DNA from: Tubiluchus corallicola
Lineage: Eukaryota; Animalia; Priapulida
Length of the DNA stretch: 64,000 nucleotides
Reading direction: 5' to 3'
NCBI GenBank assembly: GCA_030141605.1
Contig: JAQGDQ010000030.1
Coordinates: 851,171 to 915,170, forward strand
How positions within the stretch are numbered: the stretch's first letter is position 1; each line of letters opens with the position of its first letter. The position numbers and the translations under genes were made by a program. The notes beneath the pieces are model-generated. The model had not been told where the DNA came from. It did not search any database and saw only the letters and a program-made list of their open reading frames with translations. Shown here one piece after another: positions 26,818 to 38,872 of this stretch.

Positions 26818-27114
26818 GTATGTGTTGTACTTCTTTTGAGGTTTTTACTAACTGAGTTTTGATGTGCTGGCAGCTGATTTTTTAAGTTTCTCTCACAATG
26901 TAAACATCTTTTCTTGAAAGTGGTAAAATTAAGTGACTCAACAAACAATACACGACTGATTACCACCAAATTTGCACCACTTTATGCCAAATGCAATTGC
27001 ACTTTTGGCTGAAGTTTTCAATTTGCAGTTCAATAAACAAAGAGATTGGCGTTTTTAAAGCAAGAGCTAAGTATTTTGGTCAGTTTCTCTTTCTATTTCT
27101 CTGATTTCTCTCTT

Positions 27115-27153
<39 letters not shown>

Positions 27154-27369
27154 CTCTTTAAATCTCTCTTCTTTTTTGTCTCTATTTCTTGTGCAATGTT
27201 ACTCTCTGTCTCTTTTGGTTCACTTCTGACTTTTTCAAACTTCATTCTTATAGACAAATTTGGTTTCAAGAAAGTAAGTTGGCCAGCAGTGCGTAAATTC
27301 ACTCTATCACACTATACGTGGACTTTTTTGTTTTCATTTTATTCAACTTCAAATTTTGTTTCATTTTAG

Positions 27370-27677
27370 TTGCAAATGAACAGGAGCAGCAATTGCACCA
27401 GCAACAACAACAACAGCCAACTGAACACCAGGTACCATCATCTCAACATGCTGCACAAGTGCAACAAGCTCCACCACAGCAGCAACCAGCTGCACCACAA
27501 CGGCAAGCAGCACCACAGCAAGCAGTACCTCAGCAGGCTGTGCAACAACAACAAATTGCGCCTCAGCAAACTGTGCAACAACAACAAGCACTGCAACAAT
27601 CTGCAACTGCAGCGACGGTAGCAACAGAACAGAAGGAGGAGAGTAGTGAATACGAAACTGATTCAGAGGAAGCTTAA
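27370..27677 (+). CDS. PDZ-ZM gene last coding exon (Q/A-rich, acidic C-terminus)
   Basis: TTTTAG acceptor; ends ...EESSEYETDSEEA*. The exons from 1970 to 27677 sum to 3012 nt (1003 aa plus stop). No LIM domain follows. Confidence 0.85.
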
Positions 27678-28769
27678 TTTGAGCAAACTCTGTTTAGTTT
27701 CTGTTAAAATCAGTTTTACTGAACTCATATAATTGACAAAATAGGCTACTGTCGAGTGCCTTTACTTTAAGTGTAATAATTTAAGGAAATTATAATCTAA
27801 ACTTAATTTTGCACTTAATTAAGGTGCTAAACATTTATTGTTTTAATGTTAACTTAATATGGTAATTATATAATAAGTATACTATGTTTTATGATAACTG
27901 TGACAATGCTATGTAATATATTAATTACTAACAAGAAATAGCTAGCAAAAAACCCGCAACCACATTTTGCACATAAGCTGCCTCACTAATGCGCAAACAT
28001 TCTCATCCGTGGTGTTTGTTTGTTATTCTTTTACCTTCAACGGCAGTAGCCAGCTAATAGTTTATCTAATACATTCAAATAGTAAGAGCTGTTTTAAAGC
28101 AACTCAAACCAAAGAGAAAAAAATAGCGAAAGAATGGACAAAAACTCCCAAAAATGCACATTGTTTGCTTTCTCCCAAGAATTTCAGTTTGAAAAAGAAC
28201 TGGCGCCGAGAACACGTCAGATGAAGACTTTCTGTTCAGTAGTCAAAACTGATGAAGTCATTATACTCTAGCAGCAGAAATCATATTACACTATAACGAG
28301 CCATGTAACCATTTAGCAGCTAAATTAATGTATGTTAGACGATAAAAGTGCTTTCTATGCATAGCTATTGCTATGATCTTGTAGGGGTGTCTGGTCATTT
28401 AATATAAGAAACTATTTAAACCAATAAGTATTTTTACTAAATAAAAAAGGAATATGCAAAGCTACGCAATACAAAAGCGGACGTTTGAAGTGCCTTTTTA
28501 TACATCAAAAGTGTTTTAGTACGAGGCTTGAATAAGTTTAGCTATTTTGGTTTGGTGGTTATAATAATGTTTATAAACATGTGATTTTTACGTAGCGGTT
28601 TTAAAAAGTTTGTTTGAAAACGATAAAGCGTACACGTATGTGTGATTTCATAAAAACCTATAAGAAAATTTATGTATTCTGTACATTGCCGTTGTATATG
28701 TATTTAAGACGTATCTGTTGTCAAGAAATGCAAAGTGCGAAGATTGCTGCACAGAATCCGTGAATTTTT

Positions 28770-29480
28770 GCCAGTAATGAATTTTCACTGACTAGAGAAG
28801 CTTGATTAATTCAATCTAGCTGTTTCTTCACTTGCATTAAATAAATTTTCTGGAAGCGACGGTTTTCCCACAGAACGTTGTAGAGGAGTGTTACTTGCCG
28901 AACTCCACCACTCCTCACAGTGGACTGAGGATGAAGTGCCCGAGGAAATGAGGGATGCAAATACATGTATTGTGACGCCATACAAGAACAAAGGAAATAG
29001 AAGTGATTGCATCAACTATCGTGGAATTTCCCTGCTTTGCATCGCTGGAAAAGTTTTTGTCGAAGTTCTGCTGCGAAAACAGCATTATACCAAGAAAAAA
29101 GCTTAGAGCATTTTTCATATGCGCTGTTTGAGACGGATCCTAAAGGTCTATAAAATGCAAAAACGGCGTGGCTATTAAATGCTGCGAAACAATAACCGTG
29201 TCACCGTCTTGAAGCAGCGCCAGGTGCAAGTCACACTGTACGGATGAAAGATGGGACGATCCCCAAGGATATCCTGTATGGAAAACTCATCAAGGTACAA
29301 GTATCAGGAGATAAAAAAGTACGCTACAAGGATGTGTGAAACAGAGATAAGAAAGAGCTGGGTATTGATATGAATGTGGGAGATGACAGCTAAGATTTCT
29401 GCATGTGAAGTAGGCAGGAGAAATGCAATGGGTGCCGGATTGGTCAACTTCGAACGTTCGAATGCTAACACCAAGAAGAA
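28770..29480 (+). mobile_element. Internally deleted RTE-clade LINE fragment
   Basis: EVPEEMRDAN..IVTPYKNKGNRSDCINYRGISLLCIAGKVF (start of the RTE RT region) joins directly to C-terminal motifs FHMRCLRRILKV, RMKDGTIPKDILYG and RYKDVC; contains frameshifts. Confidence 0.85.
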
Positions 29481-29530
29481 AAGGACTTGAATACTTAGCG
29501 CATTGACCTTACGACTGACGGATGCCTTCT

Positions 29531-29719
<189 letters not shown>

Positions 29720-29961
29720 GAGTCATTAAAGAGCATATTAAGAAATTTGTAATACCTAATAATATAGAACGAGTACACAGTTTTTTAATTTACAATAATG
29801 AATTACAGATTTTAGGTTAACAACCCAGTTTTATTATTATGCAGCAACTTTAGATAGGATGGCAATGCTACGTAAATTTTTTTCTTTATAAAAGCGAATA
29901 AAGGTTCTTTGTTTTCATGTTTGTTATTATTTTTTGTTTTATAATGTTGTATCAATTTCAA

Positions 29962-29967
29962 TTTATT
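29962..29967 (-). promoter_or_regulatory. Candidate polyadenylation signal of the Cys-rich gene
   Basis: AATAAA on the - strand about 400 nt after the stop codon. Confidence 0.4.
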
Positions 29968-30368
29968 GTCAAACACAGCTGAACAAATTTAGATCAGAAG
30001 CTGATTGGATGAACACTACTAACTATGTATTATGACAAATTATAAATCTTGCATGCGGATTTTTACAAATAACAAAAGCAAAAATACAAAAGTATTCCTT
30101 ATACAAAATGCATAAAGGTTATTGTCTGTTTAGTATTTTGACAGATCAAATTCAAATCAGAGTGACGTAGAAACAGCATAAATGTACATTGTGTTTTCGT
30201 TACTATTTCTGTAGATCATTACGCTACTTTGAATTAGTGTTCTTCGAAATAGGGTCACATTTCTTTAAATTCCCTTCAATTAAGATTGTAGGAGGTTTGT
30301 GTTTCAATGTAAATCATCCTATATAGGAGGAGCTTCTAATCTAAATGTATCAGCGCTTGTTTCCACTG

Positions 30369-32654
30369 TTATTTTTTCTGTTTTGTCTGCTGCCCTCCCG
30401 TAGGTGGCGGTGGTGGTTCTATGGGTTCGCAGTTACATTTCTCAACTTGCATAAAGAGACGATAATTGTTCTGCCAGTCTTTTAAAGGACACACAAGTAT
30501 TCCACTAGCAGGCACTGTTGAATAAAATGTGATATTTGCAGTATAGTGGAACACAGTGTACGACTCCCGTACACCACTGAATACCTCCTTTTCTGCTTCA
30601 CTGTAACTTATGTTCATAAATGAGAACTCCATTATGTTGGGGAAAGTATGATTCCAACGCCTGCATTCTCTTTCACATTTTTTCGTACACTCTGCAGTAT
30701 TTCCACCTTTCCCCGCACAATTCTTCTCGCACGTTGATCGACAATTGTCACATTCTCCTGGCGAAAACGTTGTAGGTGCTAGCGTCGAAGTTGTGGTTGG
30801 TGTCGGCGTCGTAGTTGTGGTGGCTGTCGTCGTCGTGCTTGTGGTTGTTGTCGTTGTCGTAGTTGTGGTGGTTGTCGTCGTCGTACTTGTGGTTGTTGTC
30901 GTTATCGTAGTTGTGGTGGCTGTCGTCGTCGTACTTGTGGTTGTTGTCGTTATCGTAGTTGTGGTGGTTGTCGTCGTCATAGTTGTCGTTGTCGTCGTTG
31001 GAGGGTTACATAATCTTTTGCAGTAATTTGTACAATAATTTTCTTTACCTGGAACTTGATTTTGACTTATACACTCATTCTCACAATCACACTCACATTT
31101 AGTTTTACCTTCACACTGTGGACTTGTGGAAAATGTTGAAGGTGGTAATGTCGTCGTTTGAGTGTTACATGTTTTTTTGCAGTAATTTTTACAGTCATTT
31201 TCATTTCCCTTGCTTGGAATCTGATTTTGACTAGTACACTCATTCTCACAATCACACTCACATTTAGTTTTACCCTCACACTGTGGACTTGTGGAAAATG
31301 TTGAAGGTGGTAATGTCGTCGTTTGAGTGTTACATGTTTTTTTGCAGTAATTTTTACAGTCATTTTCATTTCCCTTACTTGGAATCTGATTTTGACTAGT
31401 ACACTCATTCTCACAATCACACTCACATTTAGTTTTACCCTCACACTGTGGACTTGTGGAAAATGTTGAAGATGGTAATGTCGTCGTTTGAGTGTTACAT
31501 GTTTTTTTGCAGTAATTTTTACAGTCATTTTCATTTCCCTTAATTATAATCTGACTTTGACTAGTACACTCATTCTCACAATCACACTCACATTTAGTTT
31601 TACCCTCACACTGTGGACTTGTGATTGTAGTGGTCATTGTTGTCATCGTCGCCGTCGTCGTCGTCGTCGTCGTCGTCTTCAAAGTCGTAATCTTACAGGC
31701 AGCTTCACTCTCAGCCTGGCAACTCTCTTTGCATTTCCTTTCACACCTTTTCTTTTTTCTACGCGGCAATTTGGCACACTTGCGCCAAAAACAGTTAGGC
31801 CAGCAGTTCTTATAGCGATCTCTTACACATGGTTCGTAATTACACTGTGTTTTACAGTTTTTCTTACACGAGTGATTGTTCTTACACCGCTGCTCACATT
31901 TGCATTGACATTTCGTCCGTCTCTGACATGCATTGGCGCATTTGTTGAAACATTTTCTCCGTTCCCGTCTCCGCGGGCATTTTGCTTTACAGACACTCAG
32001 ACACTTGACTGCAAGTCTACAAAAAGGTCTCGGTCTTACAGGTCTACACCTCCTACATACACCTGGTGGTCTATAGCATCGTTTTTCCCTCTTTGTTGCT
32101 CTTTTTGTCTTCTTATTTTGCAATTCAGGCGCTTGGGTTTCCTGCCGAACAGGCCTAACATTTTCGAACACCTTGAAGCTTACTGACGCAATACGACATC
32201 GTGCGGGCTTCCCACTATCATTGAAAATCATTGCAAGGCAAGTACCTTTTTCGTTCTTTTTCTCGGTGGGTTTTTTTATGTCGATGCCGCAATCCTTCAG
32301 TTCATTCCAATCTACATATCGGGAGGCCTCTATGTTCACATCAGACTGTTCCACTATAAAATGATGAGCACAGTCTTCCTTGCAGAGCGTTTCTGGTCCA
32401 ACAGGACACGTTTCAATTAAACTGCAATCAGAGAATATTTCTGATGTGTCAATTTCAAATGTCGCGTAAGATCTATCAACTGGTCGGGCAAAATCGCAAA
32501 CTTTAGTTTTACCATCAGAAATTCTCTTAACTTTGTCGATTACATGTATACCATATCCATACGTTTCGAGAGAAAGCAGAAAAAAGTTCAGCCACATCAA
32601 CGCCAACATTTTAGAAAAACGTGAACGGTTGTGACAGATTATTAAAATCGCCAT
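30369..32654 (-). CDS. Intronless secreted cysteine-rich, Thr-rich mucin-like protein (family not recognised)
   Basis: Uninterrupted 761-aa ORF. Signal-peptide-like MLALMWLNFFLLSLETYG starts at the second ATG (32609). Basic sites KTKR and KREKR, an Arg/Lys-rich CxxxC region, tandem 8-Cys modules and poly-Thr tracts follow. Confidence 0.85.
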   Translation of the reverse strand: MAILIICHNRSRFSKMLALMWLNFFLLSLETYGYGIHVIDKVKRISDGKTKVCDFARPVDRSYATFEIDTSEIFSDCSLIETCPVGPETLCKEDCAHHFIVEQSDVNIEASRYVDWNELKDCGIDIKKPTEKKNEKGTCLAMIFNDSGKPARCRIASVSFKVFENVRPVRQETQAPELQNKKTKRATKREKRCYRPPGVCRRCRPVRPRPFCRLAVKCLSVCKAKCPRRRERRKCFNKCANACQRRTKCQCKCEQRCKNNHSCKKNCKTQCNYEPCVRDRYKNCWPNCFWRKCAKLPRRKKKRCERKCKESCQAESEAACKITTLKTTTTTTTTATMTTMTTTITSPQCEGKTKCECDCENECTSQSQIIIKGNENDCKNYCKKTCNTQTTTLPSSTFSTSPQCEGKTKCECDCENECTSQNQIPSKGNENDCKNYCKKTCNTQTTTLPPSTFSTSPQCEGKTKCECDCENECTSQNQIPSKGNENDCKNYCKKTCNTQTTTLPPSTFSTSPQCEGKTKCECDCENECISQNQVPGKENYCTNYCKRLCNPPTTTTTTMTTTTTTTTITTTTTSTTTTATTTTITTTTTSTTTTTTTTTTTTTTTSTTTTATTTTTPTPTTTSTLAPTTFSPGECDNCRSTCEKNCAGKGGNTAECTKKCERECRRWNHTFPNIMEFSFMNISYSEAEKEVFSGVRESYTVFHYTANITFYSTVPASGILVCPLKDWQNNYRLFMQVEKCNCEPIEPPPPPTGGQQTKQKK
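31013..31620 (-). repeat. Coding tandem repeat, 165-bp (55-aa) unit, about 3.7 copies
   Basis: CACACTGTGGACTTGTG recurs at about 31112, 31277, 31442 and 31607; unit SPQCEGKTKCECDCENECTSQNQIPSKGNENDCKNYCKKTCNTQTTTLPPSTFST. Confidence 0.95.
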
Positions 32655-32989
32655 TACTGCAAAAATGTTTTGGCAGTGATTAACTCCAGTTCTTAACTTC
32701 CCGTGTCGATCCTTGGGGAGCTTTCCTTACAGAATTATAAATGTCGCCACACCACAAATAGACTTTTTTGTTATTTCTGGTTTACAGCTGAATTTGTAAA
32801 ATCGTTCTCTCTTATTGAAATTCATTCGAACATTTGGAATGCGCGCTGCTTTAAACAAAACGCTTTAGTTCCAGACGAGCATTGTTGATATACTTACTTG
32901 GAAAAGTTTTTACTTTGGAAGGAAATAATTGTTAAAATATTATACTACTGGGCTGTGATGAAATGAATTGTAATGCTGGCAGGGGAATA

Positions 32990-33115
32990 CAGTAGACTTC
33001 TCAGGTGTGCATGTGAATGTGGCTTTATCTAGCACAGACTCGTGTTCTGACCTTGCGTTAGTAAAAGCCACTAGTCACGTGCACACCTGAGCTTATAAAA
33101 AGGGAAAGTCTGCTG
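32990..33115. mobile_element. TA-flanked hairpin MITE (Tc1/mariner-type ends)
   Basis: TA|CAGTAGACTT ... AAGTCTGCTG|TA, with inner inverted arms CTCAGGTGTGCATGTGAATGTGGCTTT / AAAGCCACTAGTCACGTGCACACCTGAG. Confidence 0.7.
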
Positions 33116-34282
33116 TAGACCCTTGTCCCTGGCCCTATCTTTCGTAGTATTTGCTGCTCTGTTTACATTTCCCAGGCTTTTCTCGCAAACTCTGTTCCTG
33201 TAAGCAAGCTGGTCGTTCCTTATTTAAAGTGTAATATTCAATGCTAAATTTTCATTTGACTGTCGCTATCAGCGGACGGCAGTCCAATATTATTGTTTGA
33301 TTGCGGTCAGTTTAGTTTAAACAGTGTTTATTTGATTCAGATTAGACAGTTTTTTTAAAACTAACGCATGAATCCTCGCCATCCAAACATATGTACAAGC
33401 AGAAGTGGAGAAAAAATAAAGTAATATAAATACAAACATACTCAAATAGATTCACATACATAAATAGAGACATATGCGTAGTAAGTTAGCAGATGTGACA
33501 CAACGAACAGCATAACAGTTAAATAACAACAATAACTTTCGGATCCTAAGGTCTGACACATTGAAACGTTTAGTACTCCTATTATAATTATGAAAGCAAT
33601 CAAAAATTTTACAGCTAATAGCAATATTAAAATCATCACTACCACAAAAATACAATAGCAACAATTCGCTATTAATGTATTGTAAAGTATTGATATTTAA
33701 AGGCAATAATATGTTATTTAATAGCACCTCTGGTTTGATAACGATGAGGACATTCTGTGGAGAAATGTTCTGAGTTTTCAAAATAACAACTACAAGTACA
33801 ATTTGGGGAGACAAGAAGACCATCAGAAGCTTTGAAGGCTTTCAAAAACATTTCACCATTTAAGTGACTAAAACCAATACGCATGCGAGCGTGAACGGAT
33901 AGAGTCGAGTCTCCTGCGATATGAATAATGCTTACGATTAATGTTAAGCTTCAGTATCGTTTTTAATTTCCGTTTGAATGCACTTAGAGAGGATTGCAAC
34001 ATTGTCCTCACGCAACATTGCGGGAAAGAATTCGAACAATTTTTAGACGAAACAAAAAACTTTCAAATGTTACAGAGTGCGTAGCGAAGTTTCTTTATTC
34101 AGCATTTTTCGAACAGGATAAGATGTCTCTTACCCGTGATGGCAGTAGTGAACATAAATAAGATAGTGATAAATGATTTACAGCTTTGAAAAATAAGCAT
34201 ATACGATGGTACCTGAAACGCATTGACAGAAAGTTAAATCCACGATCTTCCAAAACTTTTACAATGCTGAATCTTGTAATTC

Positions 34283-34440
34283 TTTTCGGCAGTTGTATTA
34301 GAAATAGTGCAGTAAATATTTAAATAATAGTACACTTCGCTAGTGCATCATGTCGCAAGCGTATCATTTTGTCACTGGGTATGAGAAATAGTACAGTGCA
34401 TATATAAGCAGTGCTATACTTCGCCAGTGCATCACTTTGC
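34283..34440 (-). repeat. Left arm of a satellite-like repeat (reverse complement of 35821-36288)
   Basis: AGAAATAGTGCA..TACACTTCGCTAGTGCATCA and CTTCGCCAGTGCATCA are reverse complements of the right-arm units. Confidence 0.75.
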
Positions 34441-34462
34441 TATATATATATATATATATATA
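34441..34462. repeat. (TA)n microsatellite
   Basis: Visible. Confidence 0.95.
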
Positions 34463-35820
34463 CAGAAAAACGGCGATAGTGTGGTAAACCTTGGTATGAA
34501 GCTGCTGTGTGACACAATGTCGGATAGACCATTGCTTTGACAGCCATCACTGGCGTCGTCTTGACCGGTGGCATTGTAGTAGCACAAGGGTAAAGTTACG
34601 AAGCTATAAAATTTAGGCCTTTCCAGGCTATTAGGTTTACTGAATGACAACCACATGTTTAAGGATTGCTTTTCTGGGGAGGCACAGTTCTCCAAGGGTA
34701 GTTATTTCAGTACTTATAAAACATATTGCAGAGGATTTTTCTTGGGCGCCGCCGTGTTGGTGTTTCTTTCTGGATACAAAAACAGTAACTCAAGAACCGT
34801 AAATTCTACCAAGGCGATGTGGACAGCTAGTACGGTAGATATCGCTGGCCATTAACTAGAGGTCATGACCTTGTATAATTTGGCCGGGGCAAAAACAAAA
34901 ACCTCGCCATGTCATTTCCCTAGAAGACGGCAGGGCCGTCTTAGACATTCTTTTGACTGTAATTCAAGAACCGTAAAACTTATAAAGACAAAATCTGGCC
35001 AGTGGTTAGCCAGTTTGGCGAGCATTACTGACTGTGAATAAAATGTCGACAAAAGCGAAAATAAAACCCTCATCACAGTTCCTAGAGGGCGAAGTTACTT
35101 TCTGAAATTTCAATCATATTTACTTTAAGTTCCCAAAAAACGCCAACTCTTTACCACAGAACTTTCTAGCCCCGTGGTCGAATATGCCACAAACTTATAA
35201 AGGCTATTTGTTGGACAAATGCCTGAGGATGGCCAAAGGAGGAGATATAAGTTTCCAAGCTTACGGTTTTGGGGAGTCAACAAGTCCTGAAAATTTTAAA
35301 ATCTTAAAGTCAAACCTCTATGTTAGTAAAGTTTATAGTGCCATGTAGAAAGTCAAAGTTGCTTAGATAAGAACTAAATACAGCTTTTGAAAAGCCTGTC
35401 CCTTTGAAAAGTCATATATCACGCCGTCTAAAAGGCAGAAAAGGAAACCTCAAAATAATGCTTTTGGTGTCATAACTCAAGCAGCTTGCCCGCTAATGAC
35501 CAGACATTGTAGGTTCCGGTGGCTTTTCACCTCTGCTCTTTTGGTACCAAATTTGGCCAAGTAGGGCATACGAAAAGGAATGCACTTTAAGTATGTACAA
35601 TGATATTACATCACCGCTTGCATAGCGCATCTCTTTTAACGTTTCACAGAGAATCCAATGATGCATGGAACATCTCCGTACGATTTATGGCTTCCAATCA
35701 CAAAGGGTTTAAAAGAAATTATGCTGTCCCATGTAGAAAGTTTAGGATTGACCTAGGAATGAAAATTTTGCCGATGCAAATGACTGAAATATCGTCAATA
35801 CATCAATTTACATGTGTATT

Positions 35821-36288
35821 GTACTATTTCTAATAACTACTGACGAAATGATTTCCTGGCGAAATGATGCACTAGTAAAGTGTACTATTTAAATACTTAT
35901 TGCACGGACTATTTCTATTATAAACTGGCGAAATGATGCACTGGCGAAGTATAACATTGCTTAAGTATGTATTTGACTTTTCAATATCCACTGATGAAGT
36001 GATACACTGATAAAACGATACACTGGCGAAAAGATAGATCATAGACTGGCGAAGAGTACCACTGCTTGAATACTTATTGTACTATTTCTAATATCAACTG
36101 GCGAAATGATGCTGGCGAAAAATGAAACCGGCGAAATGATGCACTAGCTGAAAGATTGACTGATGAAATGATGCACTCTCGAAGTGTAGTATTATTTCAA
36201 TACTTATTGCACTATTTCAGCTATCAACTGGCAAAATGATAGTGTGGCAAAAAGATCCATTGGCGAAATAATAGACTGGCGAAAAGAT
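35821..36288 (+). repeat. Satellite-like array of a ~17-bp ACTGGCGAAATGATGC subunit within a longer higher-order unit
   Basis: CTGGCGAAA(T/A)GAT recurs many times, punctuated by AATACTTATTG(C/T)ACTATTTC. Confidence 0.85.
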
Positions 36289-36555
36289 AAACTTGTTACA
36301 GTTAGCAGTTAGCAGACTCACAAAAAGATAAGTGAGCACAGTTAGCAGTTGATGACGCATGGCGTGTTTTTGACTTCGTCCGCACTATATGTCATGCTGT
36401 ACAAGTTCTAACGTACAGTAATGTTGTAGCCACCTGCTTTACGGTCAAAATGAGATAGAATTGGCCATTAAAGTTTTATAATGATATCAGGAAATATCTA
36501 CACGGTGGATTACTTTTCATATATAAGTTAAAATATTTGTGCGGTGCCGACAGCT

Positions 36556-37300
36556 ATGGAAGAAAACTTGGGAGAAAGAGTACGCCAAGAAATTGAAAAC
36601 TTGGATTTGGAGCTGGAGCCAACCATTATGAGAATGCTTACACGACCTGAAAATGTAAGTGCTATCAAGTTGGTGACTGATATTTTTGTTGAGCCAATCA
36701 TAAAGAAAACTATCGATGAAGCAATGCCAAGTAAATCTTTCGATGAATTTTATAAAACTTGCGACAATTTAGAAGCCAAGCTTAATGAGCTTGAACAGTA
36801 TTCGAGACGAAATACAATTAGATGTTTTGGCCTTGTAGAATAGAATTGGTCGTGTTAATACTGACAACCCAAGACCAAGGGCAGTAATATGTAAATTTAC
36901 GACGAATAGAGTTAAACGGGAAGTAATGACTGCAAGTCGACTGCTCGTGAAGAACAACAGACAGAATAAAATGCCGGCACCACCGTTTGTTGTGAGAGAA
37001 GATTTGACGGCCAGGAATCTAAACATAGTCAAAACATGTATTTCGCTTGCTCAATTCAAAAAGATTACATCCACGTGGACAATCGATGGCAAGATCTTCG
37101 TAAAAGATAGACATGGCGCAAGACATCAGATCAAGGACGTTAGTGATCTCTGTAACTACGGCGATACAAGGCATATGGATCGAGCTGGGAACAATGTAGT
37201 AGGAAGAGAGGATGTGCAAGGTATGCCTAGAAAAGTTACGTCACTTCCTAACTCTACAACGAGGCGTCAAACTAGATTATCCTCAAAAATGACAGTTTGA
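36556..37300 (+). pseudogene. LINE ORF1 (coiled coil + RRM type), broken near 36841
   Basis: LEQYSRRNTIRCFG, RIGR..PRAVICKF, EDLT and WTIDGKIFVK are typical ORF1 motifs. A frame change and a missing segment lie between FGLVE and RIGR. Confidence 0.8.
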
Positions 37301-38872
37301 TCTTCAAAGATGACGTAAGTTTCCTATTCGTTTTAAGTGACTGGTAATAACAATAACTTGACTGGCTGGTATATATCCTTATGAAGTCAGAGTTGTATAA
37401 GTAATTATGTACTTTATCTTTGGAATCAGTGCGTTTTTTAAAGCTTTTTCTTTCTAAAAAAAATTAAACACTTAAATGAGGTTTCACTACATATTCCTTG
37501 AAAAGACAGCTGTTGAATCTTTAGTATGAGTATGCCTATAATTACGATAATATCGCTGGCCTACAGGCTACAGGTTGTAGTAGGCTTTTACACGATAAAG
37601 TTGTTTCACCAACTTAATTTAATTTGCGAATAACTATGCAGGAATGATATCACCAGTTTTTTGTTTTGTATTTTACTTTTTTTGTAAACGTCAAATTTCT
37701 AGTTGAGGAGTCTCAGAATGACAGCTGACTATGTCATTAATTTGTTTGTGACTCTTAAATACATATAACTCAACATTATTTACCTTTTGAGATATTAAGT
37801 GCAAAATGATTGCACATTATTTTTTTTTGTTTTTGTTAAATTTTTATTGTGTTTTTTATTTTATAATATACCGTATACAGTATAATACTTCACAAAATTG
37901 CCTACAAGACTTCAAGAAAACATTTTAGTCTTAACTAAGTTTAGATAATTCGCAATGTGATGACTCTGGGATGTCTAAAATTTTTGTAATAACAATGTTA
38001 ATGCTTTAGTTCAGTTTAAATATTAAGAGATATGCAGGCCTAAAGGTTACCTACTGCTAATGTATTTCGTGAAATTTTTGCTGTAGTGTATCGTAATATG
38101 CATGTAGGCTTCTCCAGATTTTTTGAAGGTCACCTACTGCAAACGTAGTTCGTGAAATTTTTGTTCTTGTGTACAATGTTTAGATACAACGTTGTGTAAC
38201 AATAGTTAGCACGTAGACTTCACCAATAATTATTCTTTTTTGCCCTCTCAAATCGGGTCTAGCTAGATTAAATGCAAATCATTCAAGATCATGATGAGAG
38301 CATTGTACAGTTACTGCTCATAATACTCCATGCTATTAATTCCGGATAAAGAAACTTGTTTTTTTAGTTATTGCAAATTAACATTATGTATAGTGCATAA
38401 AATATATAGCGTCCACTTGCGGCAAATGCTGGAGTGAAATTATAGTAAAGACTGTGTTATGTTTGAAGTTTAAATTCATCATGTTGGATGTTTATGTGCT
38501 GCACAATAAGTTTAGTCCTTTACAGTGTGTGTACTAGTAGTGTACTCTTGCAGGCTTGTAATCAGTTAAACTAAGCTGTATTGTAGATACGTCTGTGTTA
38601 CAAATTTTGTTTTTCAATTTCCAAAATTTACAAAGTTAAAATAAGTCAGAAGTTAAGAGTAAAATTTTTAATTTATTTTTTTCCTCTTTGGAAGCTTATG
38701 TATATTCACTAGATTGAAAATCTAAACCCTTTACTCATTAATTTATGCTTTAATATTTACATTGTTTTTAATGTATTCCACGGTGAGATATTAGTGTTGT
38801 AATTGCTTATATTCAAAAACAACAAATCAAAATATTAAGATTTTTTTCTCGTTAAGCAGTAGCTACTTCAGT

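Noticed and set aside
35821-36288. Repeat array superficially like CRISPR or hammerhead (CTGATGA) repeats
   Set aside because: Eukaryotic context, no unique spacers, no cas genes. The CTGATGA instances lack a stem II/GAAA/stem III arrangement.
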